Shown here: positions 15,001 to 26,137 of the stretch, in pieces
Layout of the letters: each line of letters opens with the position of its first letter
How positions within the stretch are numbered: the stretch's first letter is position 1
From: Eledone cirrhosa
Lineage: Eukaryota
Direction: 5' to 3'
Assembly: GCA_964016885.1 (NCBI GenBank)
Contig: OZ024742.1
Coordinates: 195,610,001 to 195,674,000 of the forward strand
DNA length: 64,000 bases
Position numbers and translations under genes: made by a program
Notes under the pieces: generated by a model
The model's input: the letters and a program-made list of their open reading frames with translations, nothing else
Told to the model about the DNA's origin: nothing
Databases searched by the model: none

Positions 15001-18000
15001 TCAACCTACAAGATGGCCCCAAATCTATCATATGTTCCACTACCTCAACCTACAAGATGGCCCCTAATCTATCATATGTTCCACTACCTCAACCTACAAG
15101 ATGGCCCCTAATCTATCATATGTTCCACTACCTGAACCTACAAGATGGCCCCAAATCGATCATATGTTCCACTATCTCAACCTACAAGATGGTCCCTAAT
15201 CTATCATATGTTCCACTATCTCAACCTACAAGATGGTCCCTAATCTATCATATGTTCCACTACCTCAACATACAAGTTGTGCTCCAAATCTATCATATCT
15301 TCCACTACCTCAACCTACAAGATGACCCCAAGTCTATCATATGTTCCACCACCTCAACATACAAGATGGCCCCAAATCTATCATATGTTCCACCACCTCA
15401 ACATACAAGATGGCCCCAAATCTATCATATGTTCCACTACCTCAACCTACAAGAAGAGTTGCGAATCTATCATATGTTCCACTACCTCAACCTAGAAGAT
15501 CTAATCTATCATATGTTCCACTACCTCAACATACAAGATGGGCCCCAAATCTATCATATGTTCCACTACCTCAACCTACAAGATGGGCCCCACATCTATC
15601 ATATGTTCCACTACCTCAACCTACAATAGGGGCCCTAATCATATGTTCCACTACCTCAACATACAAGATGGGACCCAAATATATCATATGTTCCACTACC
15701 TCAACCTACAAGATGGGCCCCAAATCTATCATATGTTCCACTACCTCAACCTAAATGATGGGCCCCAAATCAATCATATGTTCCACTACCTCAACCTACA
15801 AGATGGCCCCTAATATGTCATATGTTCCACTACCTTAACATACAAGATGGGCTCCAAATCTATCATATGTTCCACTACCTCAACCTACAAGATGGCCCCT
15901 AATCTGTCATATGTTCCACTACCTTAACATACAAGATGGACTTGAAATCTAGCATATGTTCCACTACCTCAACATACAACATGGGCCCCAAATCTATCAT
16001 ATATTCCACTACCTCAACATACAAGGTGGGCCCCAAATCTATCTTATGTTCCACTACCTCAACCTGCAAGATGGCCCCATATCTATCATATGTTCCTCTA
16101 CCTCAAAATACAAGATGGATCTCAAATCTATCATATGTTCCACTACCTCAACCTACAAGATGGGTCCCAAATCTATCATATGTTCCACTACCTCAACCTA
16201 CAAGATGGGTCCCAAATCTATCATATGTTCCACTACCTCACCCTACAAGATGGGCCCCAAATCTATCATATGTTCCACTACCTCAACCTACAGGATGGGC
16301 CTCAAATCTATCATATGTTCCACTACCTCAACATGCAAGATGGGCCCCAAATCTATCATATGTTCCACTACCTCAACCTACAAGAAGAGTTGCGAATCTA
16401 TCATATGTTCCACTACCTCAACCTAGAAGATCTAATCTATCATATGTTCCACTACCTCAACATACAAGATGGGCCCCAAATCTATCATATGTTCCACTAC
16501 CTCAACCTACAAGATGGGCCCCACATCTATCATATGTTCCACTACCTCAACCTACAATAGGGCCCCTAATCATATGTTCCACTACCTCAAAATACAAGAT
16601 GGGACCCAAATATATCATTTGTTCCACTACCTTAACCTACAAGATGGGCCCCAAATCTATCATATGTTCCACTACCTCAACCTAAATGATGGGCCCCAAA
16701 TCAATCATATGTTCCACTACCTCAACCTACAAGATGGCCCCTAATATGTCATATGTTCCACTACCTTAACATACAAGATGGGCTCCAAATCTATCATATG
16801 TTCCACTACCTCAACCTACAAGATGGCCCCTAATCTGTCATATGTTCCACTACCTTAACATACAAGATGGACTTGAAATCTATCATATGTTCCACTACCT
16901 CAACATACAAGATGGGCCCCAAATCTATCATATGTTCCACTACCTCAACCTACAAGTTGGACCCCAAATCTATCATATGTTCCATTACCTCAACATACAA
17001 GATGGGCTCCAAATCTAACATATGTTCCACTCCCTCAACCTACAATTTGGGCCCCAAATCTATCATATGTTCCACTACCTCAACCTACAAATGGGCCCCA
17101 AATCTATCATATATTCCACTACCTCAACATACAAGTTGGGCCCCAAATCTATCATATATTCCACTACCTCAACATACAAGATGGGCGCCAAATCTATCAT
17201 ATGTTCCACTACCTCAACCTGCAAGATGGCCCCTAATCTATCATATGTTCCACTACCTCAACCTACAAGCTGGGCCCCAAATCTATCATATGTTCCACTA
17301 CCTCAACATACAACATGGGCCCCAAATCTATCATATATTCCACTACCTCAACATACAAGGTGGGCCCCAAATCTATCTTATGTTCCACTACCTCAACCTG
17401 CAAGATGGCCCCATATCTATCATATGTTCCACTACCTCAAAATACAAGATGGATCTCAAATCTATCATATGTTCCACTGCCTCAACCTACAAGATGGGCC
17501 CCAAATCTATCATATGTTCCACTACCTCAACCTACAAGATGGGCCTCAAATCTATCATATGTTCCACTACCTCAACATGCAAGATGGGCCCCAAATCTAT
17601 CATATGTTCCACTACCTCAACCTACAAGATGGGCCTCATATCTATCATATGTTCCACTACCTCAACCTACAAGATGGGGCCCAAATCTACCATATGTTCC
17701 ACTACCTTAACATACAAGGTGGACCACAAAGGTATCATATATTCCACTACCTCAACATACAAGATGGACTTCAAATCTATCATATGTACCACTACCACAA
17801 CCTAGAAGATGGGTCCCAAATCTATCATATGTTCCACTACCACAACCTACAAAATGGGCCCCTAATCTATCATATGTTCCACTACCTCAACATACATGAT
17901 GCGCCCCAAATCTATCATATGTTCCACTACCTCACCCTAAAAGATGGGCCTCAAATCTATCATAAGTTCCACTACCTCAACATACAAGATGTACTTCAAA

Positions 18001-21000
18001 TCTATCATATGTTCCACTACCTCAACATACAAGACGGGACCCAAATCTATCATATCTTCGACTACCTCAACCTACATGATGGTCCCCAAATCAATCAAAT
18101 ATTCCTCTACCACAATATACAAGATGGGACCTAAATCTATCTTATGTTCCCTAGCTCAACCTACAATATGGGCCCCAAATCTATCATATGTTCCACTACC
18201 TCAACATACAAGATGGGCCCCAAATCTATCATATGTTCCACTACCTCAACCTACAAGATGGGCCCCACATCTATCATATGTTCCACTACCTCAACCTACA
18301 ATAGGGGCCCTAATCATATGTTCCACTACCTCAACATACAAGATGGGACCCAAATATATCATATGTTCCACTACCTCAACCTACAAGATGGGCCCCAAAT
18401 CTATCATATGTTCCACTACCTCAACCTAAATGATGGGCCCCAAATCAATCATATGTTCCACTACCTCAACCTACAAGATGGCCCCTAATATGTCATATGT
18501 TCCACTACCTTAACATACAAGATGGGCTCCAAATCTATCATATGTTCCACTACCTCAACCTACAAGATGGCCCCTAATCTGTCATATGTTCCACTACCTT
18601 AACATACAAGATGGACTTGAAATCTAGCATATGTTCCACTACCTCAACATACAACATGGGCCCCAAATCTATCATATATTCCACTACCTCAACATACAAG
18701 GTGGGCCCCAAATCTATCTTATGTTCCACTACCTCAACCTGCAAGATGGCCCCATATCTATCATATGTTCCTCTACCTCAAAATACAAGATGGATCTCAA
18801 ATCTATCATATGTTCCACTACCTCAACCTACAAGATGGGTCCCAAATCTATCATATGTTCCACTACCTCAACCTACAAGATGGGTCCCAAATCTATCATA
18901 TGTTCCACTACCTCACCCTACAAGATGGGCCCCAAATCTATCATATGTTCCACTACCTCAACCTACAGGATGGGCCTCAAATCTATCATATGTTCCACTA
19001 CCTCAACATGCAAGATGGGCCCCAAATCTATCATATGTTCCACTACCTCAACCTACAAGAAGAGTTGCGAATCTATCATATGTTCCACTACCTCAACCTA
19101 GAAGATCTAATCTATCATATGTTCCACTACCTCAACATACAAGATGGGCCCCAAATCTATCATATGTTCCACTACCTCAACCTACAAGATGGGCCCCACA
19201 TCTATCATATGTTCCACTACCTCAACCTACAATAGGGCCCCTAATCATATGTTCCACTACCTCAAAATACAAGATGGGACCCAAATATATCATTTGTTCC
19301 ACTACCTTAACCTACAAGATGGGCCCCAAATCTATCATATGTTCCACTACCTCAACCTAAATGATGGGCCCCAAATCAATCATATGTTCCACTACCTCAA
19401 CCTACAAGATGGCCCCTAATATGTCATATGTTCCACTACCTTAACATACAAGATGGGCTCCAAATCTATCATATGTTCCACTACCTCAACCTACAAGATG
19501 GCCCCTAATCTGTCATATGTTCCACTACCTTAACATACAAGATGGACTTGAAATCTATCATATGTTCCACTACCTCAACATACAAGATGGGCCCCAAATC
19601 TATCATATGTTCCACTACCTCAACCTACAAGTTGGACCCCAAATCTATCATATGTTCCATTACCTCAACATACAAGATGGGCTCCAAATCTAACATATGT
19701 TCCACTCCCTCAACCTACAATTTGGGCCCCAAATCTATCATATGTTCCACTACCTCAACCTACAAATGGGCCCCAAATCTATCATATATTCCACTACCTC
19801 AACATACAAGTTGGGCCCCAAATCTATCATATATTCCACTACCTCAACATACAAGATGGGCGCCAAATCTATCATATGTTCCACTACCTCAACCTGCAAG
19901 ATGGCCCCTAATCTATCATATGTTCCACTACCTCAACCTACAAGCTGGGCCCCAAATCTATCATATGTTCCACTACCTCAACATACAACATGGGCCCCAA
20001 ATCTATCATATATTCCACTACCTCAACATACAAGGTGGGCCCCAAATCTATCTTATGTTCCACTACCTCAACCTGCAAGATGGCCCCATATCTATCATAT
20101 GTTCCACTACCTCAAAATACAAGATGGATCTCAAATCTATCATATGTTCCACTGCCTCAACCTACAAGATGGGCCCCAAATCTATCATATGTTCCACTAC
20201 CTCAACCTACAAGATGGGCCTCAAATCTATCATATGTTCCACTACCTCAACATGCAAGATGGGCCCCAAATCTATCATATGTTCCACTACCTCAACCTAC
20301 AAGATGGGCCTCATATCTATCATATGTTCCACTACCTCAACCTACAAGATGGGGCCCAAATCTACCATATGTTCCACTACCTTAACATACAAGGTGGACC
20401 ACAAAGGTATCATATATTCCACTACCTCAACATACAAGATGGACTTCAAATCTATCATATGTACCACTACCACAACCTAGAAGATGGGTCCCAAATCTAT
20501 CATATGTTCCACTACCACAACCTACAAAATGGGCCCCTAATCTATCATATGTTCCACTACCTCAACATACATGATGCGCCCCAAATCTATCATATGTTCC
20601 ACTACCTCACCCTAAAAGATGGGCCTCAAATCTATCATAAGTTCCACTACCTCAACATACAAGATGTACTTCAAATCTATCATATGTTCCACTACCTCAA
20701 CATACAAGACGGGACCCAAATCTATCATATCTTCGACTACCTCAACCTACATGATGGTCCCCAAATCAATCAAATATTCCTCTACCACAATATACAAGAT
20801 GGGACCTAAATCTATCTTATGTTCCCTAGCTCAACCTACAATATGGGCCCCAAATCTATCATATGTTCCACCACCTCAACATACAAGATGAGCCCCAAAT
20901 CTATCATATGTTGCACTACCCCAACATACAAGATGGACCCCAAATCTATGATATGTTCCACTACCTCAACATACATGATGCGCCCCAAATCTATCATATG

Positions 21001-23220
21001 TTCCACTACCTCAACATACAAATGGGCCACATATCTATCATATGTTCTACTACCTCAACCTACTAGATGGGTCCCAAATCTATCATATGTTCTTCTACCT
21101 CAACATACAAGATGGGACCCACATCTATCATATGTTCTACTACCTTAACCTACAAGATGGTCCCCAAATCAATCAAATCTTCCACTACCTAACCCTACAA
21201 GATGGGCCCCAAATCAATCATATGTTCCACAACGTCAACCTACAAGATTGGCGTCAAATCTATCATATGTTCCACTACCTCAACATACAAGATGGGCCCC
21301 AACTCTATCATATGTTCCACTACCTCAACCTACAAGTTGGGCCTCAAATCTATCATATGTTGCACTACATCAACCTACAAGATGGGCTCCAAACTAATCA
21401 TATGTTCCATACCACAACCTACAAGATGTGCCCCAAATTAATCATATGTACCTCTACCTCCACCTACAAGATGCGCCCCAAATCTATCATATGTTCCACT
21501 ACCTCAACATACAAGATGGACTTCAAATCTATCATATTTTCTACTACTTCAACATACAAGATGGTCCCCAAATCTATCAAATATTCCACTACCACAACAT
21601 ACGAGATGGGACCCAAATCTATCTCATGTTCACTACCTGAACCTACAAGATGGACCCCTAATTTATCATATGTTCCACTACCTCAAACTACAAGATGGGC
21701 CCCAAATCTATCATATGTTCCACTACCTCAACCTGCAAGATGGCCGCTAATCTATCATATGTTCCACTACCTCAACCTGAAAGATGGCCCCTAATCTATC
21801 ATATGTTCCACTACCTCAATCTACAAGATGGGCCCCAAATCTATCATATGTTGCACTACCCCAACATACAAGATGGACCCCAAATCTATCATATGTTCCA
21901 CTACCTCAACATACATGATGCGCCCCAAATCTATCATATATTCCACTACCTCAACATACAAATGGGCCCCGTATCTATCATATATTCCACTACCTCAACC
22001 TACAAGATGGGTACCAAATCTATCATATGTTCCACAACCTCAACCTACAAGATTGGCGTCAAATCTATTATATGTTCCACTACCTCAAAATACAAGATAC
22101 GCCCCAAATCTGTCAAATATTCCACTACCTCAACCTACAAGATGGGCCCCAAATCTATCATTTGTTCCACTACCTCAACATACAAGTTGGACTTCAAATC
22201 TATCATATGTTCGACTACCTCAACCAACATGTTGGTCCCCAAATCAATCAAATATTCCACTACCTCAACATACAAGATGGGACCCAAATCTATCTTATGT
22301 TCCCTAGCTCAACCTACAAGATGGGACCCAAATCTATCATATGTTCCACTACCTCAACCTACAAGATGGGCCCCAAATCTATCATATGTTCCACTACCTC
22401 AACATACAAGATGGGCCCCAAATCTATCATATGTTCCACTACCTCAACATACAAGATGCGCCCCAAATCTATCATATGTTCCACTACCTCAACATACAAG
22501 ATGGGCCGCAAACTAATCATATGTTCCACTACCTCAACCTACAAGATGGGCCCCAAATCTCTCATGTTCCACTACCTCAACCTACAAGATGGGCCCCAAA
22601 TCTATCATATGTTCCACTACCTCAACATACAAGATGCGCCCCAAATCAATCATATGTTCCACTACCTCAACATACAAGATGGGCCCCAAATATATCATAT
22701 GTTCCACTACCTCAACCTACAAGATGGGCCCCAAATCTATCATGTTCCACTACCTCAACCTACAAGATGGGCCCCAAATCTATCATATGTTCCACTACCT
22801 CAATCTACAAGATGGGCCCCAAATCTATCATATGTTCCACTACCTCAACATACAAGATGGCCCCAAATCTATCATATGTTCCACTACCTCAACCTACAAG
22901 ATGGGCCCCAAATTTATCATATGTTCCACTACCTCAACATACAAGATGGGCCCCAAATCTATCATATGTTCCACTACCTCAATCTACAAGATGGGCCCCA
23001 AATCTATCATATGTTCCACTACCTCAACCTACAAGATGGACCCCAAATCTATCATATGTTCCACTACCTCAATCTACAAGATGGACCCCAAATCTATCAT
23101 ATGTTCCACTACCTCAACATACAAGATGGACCCCAAATCTATCATATGTTCCACTACCTCAATCTACAAGATGGACCCCAAATCTCTCATATGTTCTACT
23201 ACCTCAACCTACAAGATGGG
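1..23220. repeat. 45-bp tandem satellite array, consensus ATCTATCATATGTTCCACTACCTCAACCTACAAGATGGGCCCCAA, about 515 units, open at the left window edge
   Basis: The unit repeats continuously at a 45-bp period, with occasional 44-, 40- and 39-bp variants. Variation concentrates in the CCTA/CATA and GGGCCCC positions. The ORF track shows the same three 15-aa peptides switching frame at each indel. Confidence 0.99.
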
Positions 23221-23389
23221 CTATATACCTCTCCTATACACCACTCTCTCGACCTACGAGATAAGCCACACATCTATTTCGTAAAGTCTTGTGATGAAAA
23301 CCAGATTCAAACCTTATGAGGCCCGAGGTAGATCTGGTTTGCTAGACACTCTTATAGAACAACACATACACACACACACACACACACAC

Positions 23390-23420
<31 letters not shown>

Positions 23421-23447
23421 AAAATTATCTCTACATGGCTGAATACA

Positions 23448-23774
23448 ATAACTGTACTCTGAGTTTTTCGAATATTAATAATAACATTCGATTGACTTGC
23501 AATTATGCAAACAAGCCTCAATTTTAAAGCCATGTCAGTAGATATACTAATGCATATATTTTCCATAGCACTGACAGTTGACAGCTGAACAGTGAGCTGC
23601 ACTGATGAAGGGTGATACCCAGAAACATTAATGTCTGCATTTCTGTTTACATGCCAAGGTAAGAGCATGAATGGTGGGTTCATTCTACTGACACGGCTTT
23701 AAAAATGACCGTTGTTTACATAATTGCAAATGAATAGAATGTTATTATTAATATTCGAAAAACTCAGAGTTCAG

Positions 23775-23778
<4 letters not shown>
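23448..23778 (+). mobile_element. 331-bp fold-back element (95-bp inverted arms) with a hammerhead ribozyme in the spacer; probably PLE-derived
   Basis: Arm 23448-23542 (ATAACTGTACTCTGAGTTTTTCGAATATTAATAATAACATTC...GTCAGTAGA) is the near-perfect reverse complement of 23684-23778. (TA)n-type microsatellite lies on both sides. Confidence 0.8.
23598..23639 (+). ncRNA. Type I hammerhead ribozyme motif (GUC cleavage triplet, predicted cut after 23635)
   Basis: TGCA-CTGATGA-A-GGGT(GAT)ACCC-A-GAAA-CATTAATG-TC-TGCA. The CUGAUGA and GAAA core is intact, helix I is TGCA/TGCA, helix II is GGGT/ACCC and helix III is the palindrome ACATTAATGT. Confidence 0.8.
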
Positions 23779-23846
<68 letters not shown>

Positions 23847-23884
23847 GTCAAATATTTAAAATTTGGCTTCGTTTATTAAAATGT

Positions 23885-23939
23885 ACTGCTATATATATTT
23901 CGGTGACAGCCATCCTTGGCTGTGACCTCTTCAGGCAGT
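23885..23939 (-). ncRNA. Type I hammerhead ribozyme motif, intact core (AUA triplet)
   Basis: The minus strand reads ACTGC-CTGAAGA-GGTCACAGCCA(AGGA)TGGCTGTCACC-GAAA-TATATA-TA-GCAGT. Helix I is ACTGC/GCAGT, helix II is 11 bp with one C-C mismatch, and helix III is short and palindromic. Confidence 0.85.
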
Positions 23940-24990
23940 CCGAATTGGTGTGGTAGAGACGGGTACACATGTTGTTGAAGTGTTTAACTCCGTCAATACT
24001 CAGATATGCCCAGTTCCTGGTTGGGTTGTTATTTCTCTGAGGAACTGGAATCATATGAATTCGAACAAACGAATTTCGGCGTCAAAGGACACTCTCTCCT
24101 CCCATTGGTCAGTTGTGAGAACATTCCTCAGTCAAAAGTCTTTAGAAATGTTTCTGAAGCAATGAATCTGTTGTGGTTGTTTCCCTTGTGTTGGTAGTGG
24201 TATTGGTGTTAGGTGGGTCAGTAGTCAGGTCAACTTTAGTTCGGCTGCTGCTATGTTTAGAATTTGTGTGTGTAGGTTGGCATCTATGCTGCCACCCTCT
24301 CCCGTGATGGTTGGGGAGGGGTGCCAAACAGATAAAGTAATAAAATAAAATAAAATGGAGAAATAAAAGAATATAAGGCAATAAAATTAAGAAAATAAAA
24401 AAATAAAATAAAATAAATAAATAAATAAACAAAAATTAATAGAGATTGGTTATAACACACATGCATTTTATTTTATTCTTTTATTATTTTATTAATTTTT
24501 GTTTATTTATTTATTTTATTTTATTTTTTTATTTTCTTAATTTTATTGCCTTATATTCTTTTATTTCTCCATTTTATTTTATTTTATTACTTTATCTGTT
24601 TGGCACCCCTCCCCCACCATCACGGGAGAGGGTGGCAGCATAGATGCCAACCTACACACACAAATTCTTCTAAACATAGCAGCAGCCGAACTAAAGTTGA
24701 CCTGACTACTGACCCACCTAACACCGATACCACTACCAACACAAGGGAAACAACCACAACAGATTCATTGCTTCAGAAACATTTCTCAAGACTTTTGACT
24801 GAGGAATGTTCTCACAACTGACCAATGGGAGGAGAGAGTGTCCTTTGACGCCGAAATTCGTTTGTTCGAATTCATATGATTCCAGTTCCTCAGAGAAATA
24901 ACAACCCAACCAGGAACTGGGCATATCTGAGTATTGACGGAGTTAAACACTTCAACAACATGTGTTCCTGTCTCTACCACACCAATTCGG

Positions 24991-25045
24991 ACTGCCTGAA
25001 GTGGTCACAGCTAAGGATGGCTGTCACCGAAATATATATAGCAGT
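24991..25045 (+). ncRNA. Mirror-copy hammerhead with core substitution (CTGAAGT, A9>U), probably inactive
   Basis: ACTGC-CTGAAGT-GGTCACAGCTA(AGGA)TGGCTGTCACC-GAAA-TATATA-TA-GCAGT, followed by AATAAA. Confidence 0.7.
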
Positions 25046-25455
25046 ACACCTTTAATAAACGAAGCCAAATTTTAAATATTTGACTTAATTATTTTATTTT
25101 ACATTACTCCGGAGTAACCAAACCAACCTGCGTACTTCGTCCAGTGCTCCAATCTGCATACTGTGGTGTCGGTAAACAACCAACATATACTCAAAATGTA
25201 TGTATATATATATATATATATATATAATGGACTCTCCCGTCGATATCCGACGTATGAGTGTCCAACAAAAGTTCGTTTGACAAAATGTCTCATCTGAAAT
25301 TTCACATCCGCAACAGACGGCGGAAATGTGAGAAAGGCCAGTGGTCAACAGAAGGACAATCCACAAGGTGGGCGACAAGTAGACTAAATCATATACTATA
25401 TGATTTCATATACACACCTTGGATGACGTGGCTGGACCTTTACAATTCAGACATT

Positions 25456-25635
25456 TTGGCAGTATCGGTAGAAGGTCGGACGCCATGCTTTCCAGCTTAG
25501 TTACGTCCCTTTACGATCTGAGTTCAAATCCCGTCGAGGTTAACTTTGCCTTTCATCCTTACGGGGTCGATAAAATAAAGTACCAGTAATGCACTGGGTA
25601 AGTGCTGGCCTTGTGCCAAACGTAGAAACAATTAT
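25456..25635 (+). mobile_element. tRNA-derived SINE (main family in the window)
   Basis: A-box-like TGGCAGTATCGG, B-box-like GAGTTCAAATCC, and a conserved body TTTGCCTTTCATCCTTACGGGGTCGATAAAATAAAGTACCAG (resembles the Meta-type SINE central domain). About 11 copies occur in the window. Confidence 0.85.
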
Positions 25636-25969
25636 GACATAAATGGTTGAAAATTCCATTAACACGTAATTCTCAAAGATTCACCATTATACAGTGTGTA
25701 AAATTTTAATTCAAAATGTAGCTTTATTCAATACACATAAACACAAATAACATACAATTAATTATTACTAGAAACCTCACAGATATAATGCACAAAAATA
25801 TGTGATCAAAACGAGAGAAAGGGGAAAGGAACGAAAAAAGAACAACCATTAATGAGAACTAGATAATTGTTTATTCTCAACACATGTGTTTCACTCACAA
25901 AGTTGGCTTTAAAAAAAAAAAACGTTAATAAGCACATAAATATGAAAAATAAAGATAAAAACAAAATTT

Positions 25970-26137
25970 TCGTATTTCCCGGCGCCGAAGACGTTTCGTC
26001 CTCGAGGACGCACCCTAATTTCGACAACCAAAACTTTGAAAAAAAATAATAAACAACCTTCGGCCTCCAGGACGCATGGTAGATTTTTGAGACTTATTTT
26101 AGGAAATAAGTAGCGTCTTCGACGCCGGGAAATACGG
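25970..26137. mobile_element. MITE with 23-bp TIRs, Tc2/pogo-like ends
   Basis: CGTATTTCCCGGCGCCGAAGACG (25971-25993) pairs with CGTCTTCGACGCCGGGAAATACG (26114-26136) with one mismatch. TA follows the right end. Confidence 0.7.

Larger units (their letters stand above)
23841..25090. mobile_element. 1.25-kb palindrome (about 600-bp arms, about 50-bp spacer) of a non-coding hammerhead-bearing PLE pseudo-LTR-like segment
   Basis: 23841-24441 is the reverse complement of about 24490-25090. Mirror ORFs 24006..24197(+) and 24733..24924(-) are nearly identical. Each arm has a hammerhead near its outer end. (TA)n lies at 23777-23840 and 25203-25225. Confidence 0.85.

Noticed and set aside
1-23220. 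CRISPR-like array (constant part plus variable part)
   Set aside because: The variable positions are point variants of one sequence, not unique spacers. There are no cas genes and the context is eukaryotic.
10-23319. Dozens of long plus-strand ORFs that look like a repeat protein gene
   Set aside because: They are translations of the 45-bp unit. All three frames are open, and 44-, 40- and 39-bp units shift frame often, so no frame is preserved.
25270-25300. Minus-strand CAGATGA-GACA(TTT)TGTC-AAAC resembling a hammerhead
   Set aside because: Two core defects (CAGAUGA and missing G of GAAA) and no convincing helix I.
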